A stretch of DNA of 56,737 nucleotides, filler included, from Basidiobolus ranarum (Eukaryota), in the NCBI GenBank assembly GCA_040143965.1. It is 5 parts of 5 records of this genome, joined end to end, with 100 filler letters (N's around TTAATTAATTAA, not from the genome) between each part and the next. Parts side by side here need not be neighbours in the genome. Positions count along the whole stretch, not along the records: positions 45,527 to 56,737 come from JASJQH010007504.1; 4 more parts are not named here. One strand, given 5' to 3'. Shown in pieces: positions 45,527 through 56,737 of this stretch. The position numbers were made by a program, and so were the translations under genes. Under the pieces are notes generated by a model, which was not told the origin of the DNA, ran no database searches, and saw nothing but the letters and a program-made list of their open reading frames with translations. The stretch's first letter is position 1. Every line of letters begins with the position of its first letter.

Positions 45527-47450
45527 TCATTAGTAGCTGATCGTAGTGAAACATTACCGTATCCAAATAAATCACGAATAGATGATAGTAGAGTGATAGT
45601 AAACACTGTGGCAGTGTAATATCTGAGAGTGCTACTGACCCTAACCCTAATGGCTGGTTTGCATCAACTCCTGAGCTCACTATCCAAGTTAGGACATATT
45701 TTTTTAGCAGATGGTATATCTAGCAATAAGATGTCTTCACTGAATGGTTCCTTTTAACCTAACCAATTTATTCTCTAATTGGCACCTTTGAGGTTTACAT
45801 ACAGCAACATGAGGGAGCCAACAATTGGCATGATAAATGTGAAACATCTAATTGAGGCTACAGTATTTCTACACACAAAGTGAAAGTCACAACACTTCTC
45901 TAATACAGGATTTTATGAGTGGGCGATGTATACATTTTTCTAGAAAGCGGGAATTTTGTTTCACCGACAATCTAGTAATCATTAAGACTCACTGATGGAT
46001 TTGTTACAATTATGTTGATTGAATTAATACGTTGTTGTAGTAAGTTAGAAGTATCCCCAATCATGTATGCTGATATCTAGTTCGAGATAGTGCCTAGAGT
46101 TTGATTAATCGAAGAATAAGTCAGTATATTTATAAGATGATACATGAAGTATCACCAATACTTTCTAATGCTTATGAAGTTTAGCACTACAGTAAGTGCA
46201 AGTTCGATCTATCCAAAGAAGTTTTAAGCTATTTGACAATATGTAGTAATTATATTCACAACTATGTCTTGGCGCAAAATAATGGAAACACAAATAGTCA
46301 AGAGCACTCAGTCATCAATTTTACATATACATAGCCTAACTACTAGCCATCAAGATTAAACTTCAATTATGAGATATTTACTTATGCTAGTGCAACTATG
46401 ATGACTTCAGGAAAAGTAACAAGGTAGCATATGATGAGATACTTACACAGAGAGAAATAGTTCACATACGAATTCTTGACAAATTCATCCAAGGCAGAGT
46501 TTTTATAGCAAAGTGATGGTTTTATTTTCAAAACGTCAATCCAAAAATAACATAGAGCATTCCATCCCCAGACTACTTGCCCTTAGCCTAGAGAAACTAT
46601 ACCGTAACCATTGTATGTGCTGCCTGCCATATAGACAACCTTCACACAACTCCATATCTGATGGAATTACGAAATTTACTGCTCCGCTAATATCTCCTGC
46701 TTAAACAGTTCTAGGATTCCTAACTGTTTCTTAGGTTCAATCAAGTTCAAACCTTTTTATTACTTTACTCTTGGGCACAACATTGCTTAGCCAAATAATA
46801 CCAAGGCCATCAGTACCAAATATCAATATGAACCTGGTATTAAAACTGAGAGCAAACAGCATCCATATATACCAAGTCAAGGGAGGAAAACTCATTGAAC
46901 GCAATATTCAACCAAGGGTGGCTTACTCTAGTTGTGATATCATTTAATGCTGCATATGCTAGCTGAATATTGCTAATGTTGTCATACAATATTTGACCAT
47001 TTTCAGCAAAATCGCTACAGTGAGACTCAATATTTCACACCAATCAAGATTCAAGACTTCCTACACTCGTACATCTAAATAACCAGTGTAATGAATGGAA
47101 GATGAATTTTCAATGCATAGTGGCCTGTATATCCTCTTACTCATGGTTACAAAGCTTTGGTACCCGAGGATGTGCTGAAGCCACAGATATGCCTCCACCA
47201 GGTAAAGCAACTGAATCATCATACTATCGGAATGTGATGAATCCATCGAATCTTATCATCGTAATTTCAACTGCCAGATCGCTTAGCAATACAAATATAG
47301 AGCTTGATTTTAGAAAAGTGGATTATTGTTGGTGATTTTTATTATATTAGATATACATCGATTGACACCCTTCGTTTTGCTTCATCTCTCCTGTACTTAA
47401 TTTTATCGTCAGTGCTTTTTGTGTAAATTAACTACTCTTTCCTTTATAGC

Positions 47451-50400
47451 ATGAAATCTTACGATATCATACGGTAGTTGCTTCATGTCAATGTTGTTTA
47501 CTGGTCGAAACAGCTAACCCTTTCTACTTTTCGATTGAATTAACAGCACGAAATGGCAAGCTACTTTTGACTCCTCATCCGTTTCACTTCAAACTTTCAA
47601 AGACCGTGGAATGTTTGGAGTCTCTTGCATTGACGGGCTTAGGTCTGTTTGTTGGAAGGTATTTTCTTTTTCTAAACCTTACCGAGCCACTAAACTTTAT
47701 CGTAGAAGAACTGCCAAATAACATCATGATCTGTCTCTTAGGTTTACTTGGATTGTTTACCATCTTTAGATACTTCTTCTTGGTCGTTAGCTCTACAACA
47801 ACAGCGCCAATACTATGAAGATCTTAAAAGAAAATTTGTGTTTGATCCCAATGCAGAGGAAACTGCCCAAAAAGCTCAAGATTTGGCCGTCAATAATCCT
47901 CTCTCTCTGGATCAAGAAGTAAGCTTTACCGTTTAGAGATATCCACTTTATAAGTACTAAGAGTTATTGGATCACTTATAGAGTCCTTGGATACAATATT
48001 TCAAAGATGGTGAGCTACGCAAAATAATCAAGCAAGATGTTGAGCGCACGTACGATAACGTTCCTTACTTTTTACTCGTATATACTTAATATGAATGTAC
48101 GACTAATGTAGTTATGGATAGGTTTCCGGATTATGAATATTTTCACTCTACCACCGCCCAAAAACGATTAATTGACATGCTCTTCATTTACTGTAAACTT
48201 CACGAGGATGTATCGTACCGTCAAGGAATGCACGAGTTACTTGCGCCTATTCTACAAATTGTTGATGATGAATGTCTCGATATTTCCTCGACTCCGACGG
48301 ACGACGAGTAAGTTGAAACCAAGTGATTTGAGCACCTTGTAATATTCACCTAATGTTAACCATGAACACCTTCTTTTAAGGGATCTACCTCTAAACCTGA
48401 TAAAGGATGTTCTGGATCCAGAATATGTTGAACACGATACCTTTTCGTTGTTCACCAACCTCATGAAGTCCGCTAAGCAATGGTATGAATTCAATGACGA
48501 GCTATCGAATCAAAGAACACTTCAAGCCCTAAAGACTATGGGGAAGGTAGTTAGTACTTGAGTAACGCATGTATAGATGTCATAATAACACGCTTGCAAC
48601 AGAATTTAGATGAATCCAATCTTCTAGGAAACCAAGCCGCACCTTTGGTAAATATCTGTTCGCGGATTCTTGAATGCATATTGACAACTCTAAACCTATC
48701 TCAATTGAATCTCCTTCCTACAGACACCAAACCAAACTCCAATCATGGTGAAATGCAACCGTATTCACCACGAGCTTCTCAAGACATACGATCCTCAGCT
48801 TTATGCCTATCTGGAGTCATTGCAGATTGAGCCTCAACTTTATGGAATGTGAGTAGATCCAGTCTTTACTAATGATCGTCTCTGTACCCCAATTATGGTT
48901 ATCGTTATTAAATCTGCGCTTACTAGACGATGGTTACGCCTGCTTTTTGGCCGAGAGTTTCCTTTGGAAGAGCTTCCACGCTTATGGGACGGAATATTTG
49001 CGGATAGCTCTGATCTAGGCTTAGTTGACTACATCTGTGTTGCGATGCTTCTGTACATTCGTGAGGACCGTGAGTAACTTTGCCTTAATGCTAATTATTG
49101 CAGTGTATCTCTAAAGCAAGCATCACTGATGATTTGGATATTTCTAGTACTGGCTGCCGACTACGCAATGTGTCTTCATCGTATCATGAAATTCCCATCA
49201 GTCCCGGACCCTACCTTGTTTATCAAGCAAGCCCTACATCTTCGTGATCACCCTACTTTTGATGGTGGTTCAAATATCATTTTTCAATATGCAAAAAATT
49301 CGGGCCGGCAGGCACCCATTCTGTTTAACTATCCAAATGAGGGAAGCAATCGCAGTGTAAAGCAAAGGCCCCGAAGAACGCAATCAGATACCAGTGGGAT
49401 TTTGACTGTACCGAAACCTCAGGTCGGAAATGCACAACCCCCCAGAAAAAGAGATGAAGCAATTGCCCAACTAAACAAGGCCATGCACGATATTAAGAAA
49501 TCCGTCAATCCACTCCAAAGTTACTTAAAACGTACATTGTCTTACAGCCAAAAGGAACAGCAGGATTCCACATCGGATGGACCAGACTTCAAGAGTATTT
49601 ACGAGCATGCGATACCCCAGAGTTCTCCCAATATCGAGCCTTCAACATCCAACAAAAGCGAATCTCATGATCCACCCAAGCCCCTTGACTCTCCAACGTC
49701 ATTTGAGATTGGCTCACTGTTAGATAAATGTGTCAATCTACTTGAAAATGGGATATTCGGGAAATCACTAGCTCAAAGCGAGAGTTCTGCTAGCCAGAAT
49801 CCTGGAGACCAAACACCACCATCTAAATCTCCGGATGTGATGAAAAATGAGATGGACATAGTTACCGCCTTGGTTGGCTTGAAACATGTTAGAGATGTGC
49901 TGAACAGAGTAACTACGGATTTGAACCCAGATATACTCAACCAGCAATCGCCCCAAGAAGCAGATGATCATTGGGAGTTAGTAGAGCATCAAAGCGACTC
50001 GGAAATCCCTCAATCACCACGGGACATCCCAGCGCTTGGTGTCATCGTTGAAACTAGCCCAGAGTTAGACCCGAATGAGGTGGATGAAGACGCGCAACCA
50101 TCGCCTACCAAAGCCGAAATACCAAGTGATAACGCTCTCCCCGAGCCTGCACTCATAAATTCCAATCCTAACGACTGGAATATACCTAACACCGCGGCAC
50201 CAGAATTAAATATCCATGATGATCCCTGGAAATCGGAGATTGAATATCACGTGCCCAGCAGCTCCACCACCATTGAAGATACAAAAGAACATGATGAAAA
50301 CTTGACACAAGTTGTTTCTCAAACCGATTTTCAAATTGAATCAACTAGCACTACTCCAATTGAAGCGCCATCACCATCGGTATTACCCAAAAAAACTGCA

Positions 50401-50739
50401 CCCAAAGTAGATGTTCTATCCTCTTTAGAAAGTATCTTAGCGGAAGATACACCTAATCGATTTAGCACCAACCCGAATTACAACTGGATATTCCATGGAA
50501 AAGAAGAATCTTCAATTGGCGATGGGCGTGCCTCCATGTCCTTTACTCGATCAGGGTCGGTAGAGAATCTTGATCGCATGAGTCAATCTCTCGATTTGGA
50601 AAAGGAAAGAAGACACAGGAACATACCAACCCGCACTAAGAAGCTGGTAGGAAAGTCTGTGGCTAATGACTCGGATGATCCGTTGAAATCCAGAGATGTA
50701 AATCGCAGAAACCTACGAATCTTAGATGACTATGCTTGA
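47451..50739 (+). CDS. TBC-domain Rab GTPase-activating protein, TBC1D5-like (multi-exon)
   Basis: LRSVCWK, NNPLSLDQESPW, IIKQDVERTFP (R finger), YRQGMHELLAPI (Q finger), EHDTFSLF and IEPQLYGIRWLRLLFGREF, followed by a long low-complexity C-terminal exon. Confidence 0.92.
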
Positions 50740-51806
50740 TTTTCATCATGTTGACGCGCATAAATCAGTTTGCAGTCAACATGCACATATCGGTGCAATA
50801 AGTGACGTTTTAATTGCTAGCTTTCCAACTTTACATCATTCTGCCATCCATTTTTATCAACACTCAATTCTCCCCAACTCCCCCATTGTTTTTCAGTACC
50901 TTCCGTCGTGTCTTTAACCCAACCGTGTATGAAATTTTACCTCAAGAAGGGTTGATTTTTGCTACGATCAGTGGACTTTATCCGCGTTAACGGATCTCCA
51001 AGAACATGATACTTGCATGACCAATTTTGTACCTTCTTCTGGTCACAGTTCATGCAATCAAATTAAACCAAAATATTAAAAGAATCTAACCCGATCATGT
51101 TTTAATTACGCTGTGCCGCATTTTCAGCGGATATTTTGGGGGCTCAAGATTGTTACAATTTGGTATGGGTGTGTTTTGCTTGGTAATATGTGGTATCACT
51201 ATATACCACAGTGCCCAATTGAAATGCAGCAAGAGGACTAGTTAAAGACATATTGCATGATAGCCAATTGAGTCGAAATATTCGTTTCACCCACTTTAAT
51301 GAGGCTTTGCAGCAATTGATTTGTCCACAGGAGGAAAGGTTTGTCTCAACTAAATCAAACCGGTTCATGACTTAACGCTCAAGTATGGTCATCAAAATGG
51401 TATGGAACCTTGCCATTTAAGAGACTGGGATTTCTTTATTGGGGAATGGCATATATCATATATATATGTTGCATTAGTCATTTATCCACTGGATTCCTAC
51501 CAAACAATGCCCATCATATTCTGGTACGTTTGGGCTGAGGATTGCCTAGTAGCACCAAGTTCTCGATGGTTATAGTTCGATTAGTTTTGCAAATGGTGGG
51601 GTTCTTTTGGAGATGTCGATTCTCCGGAGCTTAGAAGTTAGTGATGGTGGATGATGCTACATTTTTCTGACATGGATGTTGGCTCGGGTTCGCTGGTTAT
51701 CACTATTTGGGATGCGTATTTCTGTATGACTCGTCTGAGCTTCTTGGTATCTCAATAAGCTTTATTCTTCGAGCCTCTATCCCTTCTACACTTACAGCTA
51801 CTTACA

Positions 51807-53177
51807 ATGGGTGTTTTCGACCTCTTACACAGACAACCACCAAGTTACGAGAAGAAAAAGAACTACCGTATTGGCAAAGTTCTTGGTAAATTTTGTTCCT
51901 TTTCTTAGTTACTATTGATGGCCTCCATCCCCTTCACTTACCTAATTTTCTCTGTGTATTTAAAGGTTCCGGTAGTTATGGTGAAGTGAAGGAAGCACAG
52001 GTTATAAAGACCGGGGAATTCGTTGCCATTAAGGTCATCCGTAAAGATATCCTGGGTGATCAATTAGACATGATTGATAAAGAACTCGAAGTGGTGAAGA
52101 AAGTAAACCATCCCAACATCGTTGCCTACGTCGACTCTTTTGAATCTAGAGACAAATATTATTTGATTTTCCAGCTGTAATATTGATCTATTATTCTTCT
52201 CTGTTTATAAATGTATGCTAACTCTTGGGTTTTTGTTAGTGCTCGTGGTGGTGAATTATTTGAACGAATCATTGAACAAGGAAAATTCACTGAGAAAGAC
52301 GCCACTCGTTTCATGAAAACCGTAATTGATGCCATTGATTATTTGCACGATCATAATATCGTCCACAGAGGTATGCCTTTCTATAATCCTCAAGACCAAT
52401 GATTCGATGTACTTACAAGCGTATCCTATTCTTCTCAAATTAGACTTGAAGCCAGAGAATCTGTTATTTAAGGATGAGACTCCCGATGCTCCTCTAATGG
52501 TAGTGGATTTCGGTATCGCCAAATCTCTCTCCGATGAACAACAAGTCTTGAGCACTGTTTGTGGTTCACATGGTTATACCGCACCTGAGGTTCTCTGGAA
52601 GAGTGGATACGGTAAGCCAGTAGATATGTGGAGTATTGGTGTGATTACCTATACTTTACTTTGTGGTTACCTTCCATTCCAGCGTTGGGAAGGACATCCT
52701 GATTATATGAATGCATTGGCTAAGGCTAAGTTCAAGTTTGATGAGAAGTACTGGGTCGGAATTTCTGACGATGCCAAAGAGTTCATTACCAAATTACTCA
52801 ACCCAGACCAGAATAAGCGTATGACAGCTAAAGAAGCGCTGCAACATAGATGGCTCACTGGAGAAACTGCTTCTGATAAGGATCTATTGGACAACGTTCG
52901 TGAGAACTTCAACCCAAGACGTACTCTGCGTCGTGCCGTGGAGGTTGTACAGCTAATCAACCGTTTGAAAATCGCACGTGCCAACACCAGCAGCTCTGAG
53001 GGTTGGGGAGGAGACTTGACTAGCACTTCCACTTCCACCTCTAAGGACCAAGCTGATACCAATACTACCGAAGTATCTCAAAGCACTGAAGCTGAAGCGG
53101 CTGAAAGTAAGCCTGTTCCCAAAGAAGCCCAAGAAGAGGCTAAAGAAGAAAGCAAGAAAGAGTCGCATTCTGCCTAA
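51807..53177 (+). CDS. CMK1: Ca2+/calmodulin-dependent protein kinase (CaMK1/Cmk1-like), 4 exons
   Basis: QPPSYEKKKNYRIGKVLG|SGSYGEV, VAIK, GGELFERI, HRDLKPENLL, DFG, CGSHGYTAPE, GYGKPVDMWS and the CaM-binding-type tail FNPRRTLRRAVEVVQLINRL. Confidence 0.93.
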
Positions 53178-53925
53178 GTGTAAACCAAACTTTTGTATGG
53201 GAGGTGTTGAAGTACATCATTATTGGCATCATTCCATATGTTTTGTAATGAATGCACTGCAGATTTGATATTTCTTCCCAATTACCTTTGTATTATTGAA
53301 GCATTGATTGGGGGCGGGTTTTTCTTTTGAATATCAATCAAGTTCAATTGTAGTCAGACATGTATGATACCATAGTGTAACATCCCAGTGTGATTTTCTT
53401 TTACAAAACCGCTACCAATGATAAATAAACATAAATCAAGTGAATGCAGACTTGTTTACCTCCATTTGTTACATCCACAACGGATTGGCTGTACCACAAA
53501 CGTAGAGTTCCTCAGCACACACCAGAATCATCATCCACGTTGACTTCTCTATCCCGTTAGCATTGCCCACGACAGCTCATTTAGGGGTATCTCACGTATC
53601 CAACAGGACGAATTTGCTCGTCACACTAAGTGTGTACGAGTGCTAACAAGATCGAAGATCGGAAATTCTCAACTACCCCATAAATCACCAATCATCTGGA
53701 GTAGAGTCACAACTAGCAAACAAATCAGGCTCTTCCTTGCATCCATGCTTATAGATGCTTCTTGGTTTGGAAGCCAGCTGATTAAAATAGAACAAGGATG
53801 GCGAAAACTGTGCTACCCTTTTTCTGCAGTTCGAAGATCTTGATGCTATATAAGCGTCAACAATTCGTTAATTCCCAGTTAGTGTAAAAATAGGTTCTAC
53901 CTTGGGGTCACGTAATTTCAGTCCA

Positions 53926-54899
53926 ATGTCCAGCTTGAATAATCTATTCATATTCTCCGATTTCGATGGTACTATTACCAAGGAAGACTCTTTAAATATC
54001 TTGATTGATAAATGTATGGGTTCTGGCCCAAGACAAAACATTGATGAGGAAATCAAGCAAGGCACTCTTAATTTCAAGTAAATACAGGAAATATATCCCT
54101 TTCTATATTGTTTCTTATGCTAACTAAGTTTGTGTTTTCCAAATACATAGAGAAGGCATGGTTCGCCAATTCGCAGGGATTGACGTTTCTTGGGAAGAGG
54201 CCTTGGAGATTTTGCAAGGTACAGTCAGGTTACAGATATAAAGAGCTATAGCTCCCATTTTACTCACAGCTATTGTTTCACAGCCACGACCCATGCTGAC
54301 CCACACTTCAAAGAATTTGCCGAGTATTGTGACGCCGAAAATCTACCTTTGACTGTTGTTAGTTGGTAGGTTCAAAGCAATTTCTAAAGACGTGACCTCT
54401 CTCAGCAATATGCTTATCTAACATTGTTTTGACTTTATATTCAATAGTGGTATCGGTTCATGGATTAAAGATTTCTTGAAGACCTTTGTTGGAATTGAAT
54501 TAGCGAGCAAGATTAAGGTAGAGGCTAATGAAGTCAAAATAGTGGACAAAAAATGGATACCTATAAACCATGATGATAGGTAGCTATACTTAGTTTGACT
54601 CCAATAGTGGGCGAAGACTGATAATTAACCAACTGATAATTATTAGTGATTATGGCCATGACAAATCCCTTACCATGCGTCAAGTGAAGGCTACCTTGGA
54701 GAACGATCCTATTCTGATTTTCCTGGGAGATGGATTATCGGATATTTCTGCAGCCCGTGAGGCGGATATTTTATTCGCGAAAAAGGGCTGCGATTTAGAA
54801 AGCTGGTGTATTAAAGAGAATGTGAAGTATGTATCATTCGAAGATTTCTCCGAGGTTTTAGAAGTTCTTAAAAAGTTCGTTGCCACTAGAGAGATATAA
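53926..54899 (+). CDS. HAD-superfamily phosphatase (MtnX/YNL010W-like), 5 exons
   Basis: IFSDFDGTIT (motif I), DPHFKEF, VVS (motif II), GHDKS (motif III) and FLGDGLSDISAA (motif IV). Confidence 0.9.
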
Positions 54900-55300
54900 T
54901 CCATTAGAGATCCATCATACCCCAATAAAATCTCATCATTCTCAACCACCTCTTTGATTGTAACTAAAGAGCTTCTATCTCAGTCAAACAGGCCTAGATG
55001 TCAATTCTACAATTTAGAAGCCTCATCGAATATTACCTCAGAGACCTAATTGAATACACCAAATTTGAACGCTGAATGGACTATGCGTACACACATTTTA
55101 ACTCAAGTGGAGATCGAGATCTCAAGTGCTGACGACGTGAGGATATCATTGTTATAACATCTGGCTAAAATTTCGATTTATTTTCATAACATCGGGTGGA
55201 TAATACTAGTAAAGAAAACAGACGGAGTTTGGACACAATGAGTACTAAGCGAAGTACATAATTATGCCCAAGGGTTGTAGAAGAAAGGAAGTTCCTCCAA

Positions 55301-55696
55301 TTACAAAGGTTGGCCTATCATTGGATTGTATGAATGGTCTCCACCACGGTGTTTACTATATACTGATGCGGTTTGCTCTCCTTCAACTTCAGCACTGGGT
55401 CCATCTTGATATTTAACTCTAGCTGACTTCTTGTTGCTTGCTTTGGCAGTGTTGAGGTTGTCATGCTTACGGGTAATAGTAACGAACTTCTGTCTTAGTA
55501 GCGGGACACTAGCCACTGGTGCTACCCTAGTCTGAATCCCCTGATTACAAAGATATCCTTGTTGAACACATGGACTAGCTACATATCGACCATAAATCTG
55601 TGGATGGCTGTAGTATGGATAGTAGCCGGCTGGGACACTGAAGGCAATCTGTATCAAGACGCTGCAAGAGACGAGGAGAGCAAAAAGTAGTTGCAT
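55301..55696 (-). CDS. Small secreted protein of unknown family
   Basis: Hydrophobic signal peptide, Tyr-rich segment, CVQQGYLC and a basic C-terminal half. TATAAAAA lies upstream and a paralog is at 56520-56737. Confidence 0.8.
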   Translation of the reverse strand: MQLLFALLVSCSVLIQIAFSVPAGYYPYYSHPQIYGRYVASPCVQQGYLCNQGIQTRVAPVASVPLLRQKFVTITRKHDNLNTAKASNKKSARVKYQDGPSAEVEGEQTASVYSKHRGGDHSYNPMIGQPL

Positions 55697-56077
55697 TATT
55701 GATAGGCTCTTAGTGTCGAAGAAGCTAAGGGTGGATGATTATCATCGTCAACTTCAAGGCTTTTTATATCCTAACATCCATTCACTTGACTTCGAGTGAG
55801 AAAAGTCAAATAAATCCAGTTAATGTTATAAACTTTGGAGCATTATAGAGCACTCAAAATATCCTGGCAAAAAGAGAACACTTGTCATTATAGGCTTGTT
55901 GTAAGTTACTACTCAGTAACCACTATATACAGGCATATTTCTATTTTCAATTCAGAATTCTAAAATAGCTTGCTACAAGTGTTGTTTTTATGGCAGAGTG
56001 GGTGCAATTTTAGTGGTCTATAGAATTCTACAGAGTGGACGAGATTAGAAATGCGGCAGATAATCGTGATGGAATTC

Positions 56078-56128
56078 TGTGCTATTCTTGTCAGTATTCC
56101 CTGGTAACAAAGATATCCTTGTGATTCG
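56078..56128 (-). pseudogene. Fragment of a third copy of the small secreted protein family
   Basis: QGYLCYQGILTRIA matches QGYLCNQGIQTRVA of 55301..55696. ACAAAGATATCCTTGT is shared at the DNA level. Confidence 0.55.
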
Positions 56129-56519
56129 TACGAGATGTTTAGTTTTCCAACTAACATCACTTGGCTTGTGAATTCATTGAATAAAGCTTGATCCTATGGT
56201 ATTTCAAAATCACTTTTGACTACTATAAATACCCCGCTGTCGCTGTGCCAACCTTTTTCAATATATTCTAAACAAAATATATGGCGTTTTTGTATTATTG
56301 TGACTAGCTAGTAATTCACTACTACTTTACACATTAGAAATCTTGAATCTATGATAGCAACAGTCATTATCACATTTAAAAATTATTCAAAATCATTGCT
56401 CTGGTTGGAACTTCATGTGTACAGAGAACGTAATGGGGGGGTACACGAAGAATTGAGCCTAAGAGTGAACCTTTGTTTATTGTTAAAAGTTGTCATGAAC
56501 ATTACACCGCATAAGAGAT

Positions 56520-56737
56520 CTATTCTTCTTCATCCTCATCTTCAGGTTGAGTAGATGAGTCGTATTGCTCAGATTGCATTGGCGTGAGTTGGGTATCTGG
56601 CATCACTTGGCCAAACTGTTCATATCCACCAATTGGATTGAACGAGTGTTCTCCGCCCCGATGCTTGCTATACACCGATGCTGTCTGCTCTCCCTCAGCT
56701 TCAACACTGGGACCAATCTGATATTTGACGCGAATGC
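56520..56737 (-). CDS. Paralog of 55301..55696, 3' part (5' end beyond the window)
   Basis: Manual translation: IRVKYQIGPSVEAEGEQTASVYSKHRGGEHSFNPIGGYEQFGQVMPDTQLTPMQSEQYDSSTQPEDEDEEE*. Confidence 0.85.
   Translation of the reverse strand, partial: IRVKYQIGPSVEAEGEQTASVYSKHRGGEHSFNPIGGYEQFGQVMPDTQLTPMQSEQYDSSTQPEDEDEEE

Overview
Eukaryotic (fungal) genomic DNA with short GT-AG introns of about 55-80 nt. The gene content suggests an early-diverging, non-Dikarya fungus (inference). The window is not one locus: it is five contigs (11323, 11296, 11269, 11238 and 11211 bp, strictly decreasing) joined by identical 100-bp N44-TTAATTAATTAA-N44 linkers, so adjacency across linkers has no biological meaning. 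Contig 1 is a tandem array of intronless POT/PTR2 peptide transporter genes: two complete, two edge-truncated, one internally deleted pseudogene and two eroded remnants, plus a copia solo LTR with a perfect 5-bp target-site duplication. One complete paralog has lost the ExxER proton-coupling motif. Contig 2 holds Nup192 (5' part), an ELO elongase, mitochondrial S12, an intronless HGSNAT/NagX-like acetyltransferase, a split-PH protein and an S6K-like kinase (3' part). Contig 3 holds an unrecognised Cys-Pro repeat protein (11 CP dipeptides in 153 aa), a DHX57-like helicase, a CFEM-like GPI protein, a secreted class 3 lipase and a CpG-free element with two paralogous orphan ORFs. Contig 4 holds a decayed Ty1/copia gag with LTRs, a Tc1/mariner remnant, a SEPT6-like septin, orphan genes and an OSCA/TMEM63 channel. 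Contig 5 holds a TBC1D5-like RabGAP, a CaMK1, a HAD phosphatase and a small tandem family of unrecognised secreted proteins. The best candidates for something new are the CP-repeat protein, the ExxER-less POT paralog, the CpG-free two-ORF element and the secreted protein family.
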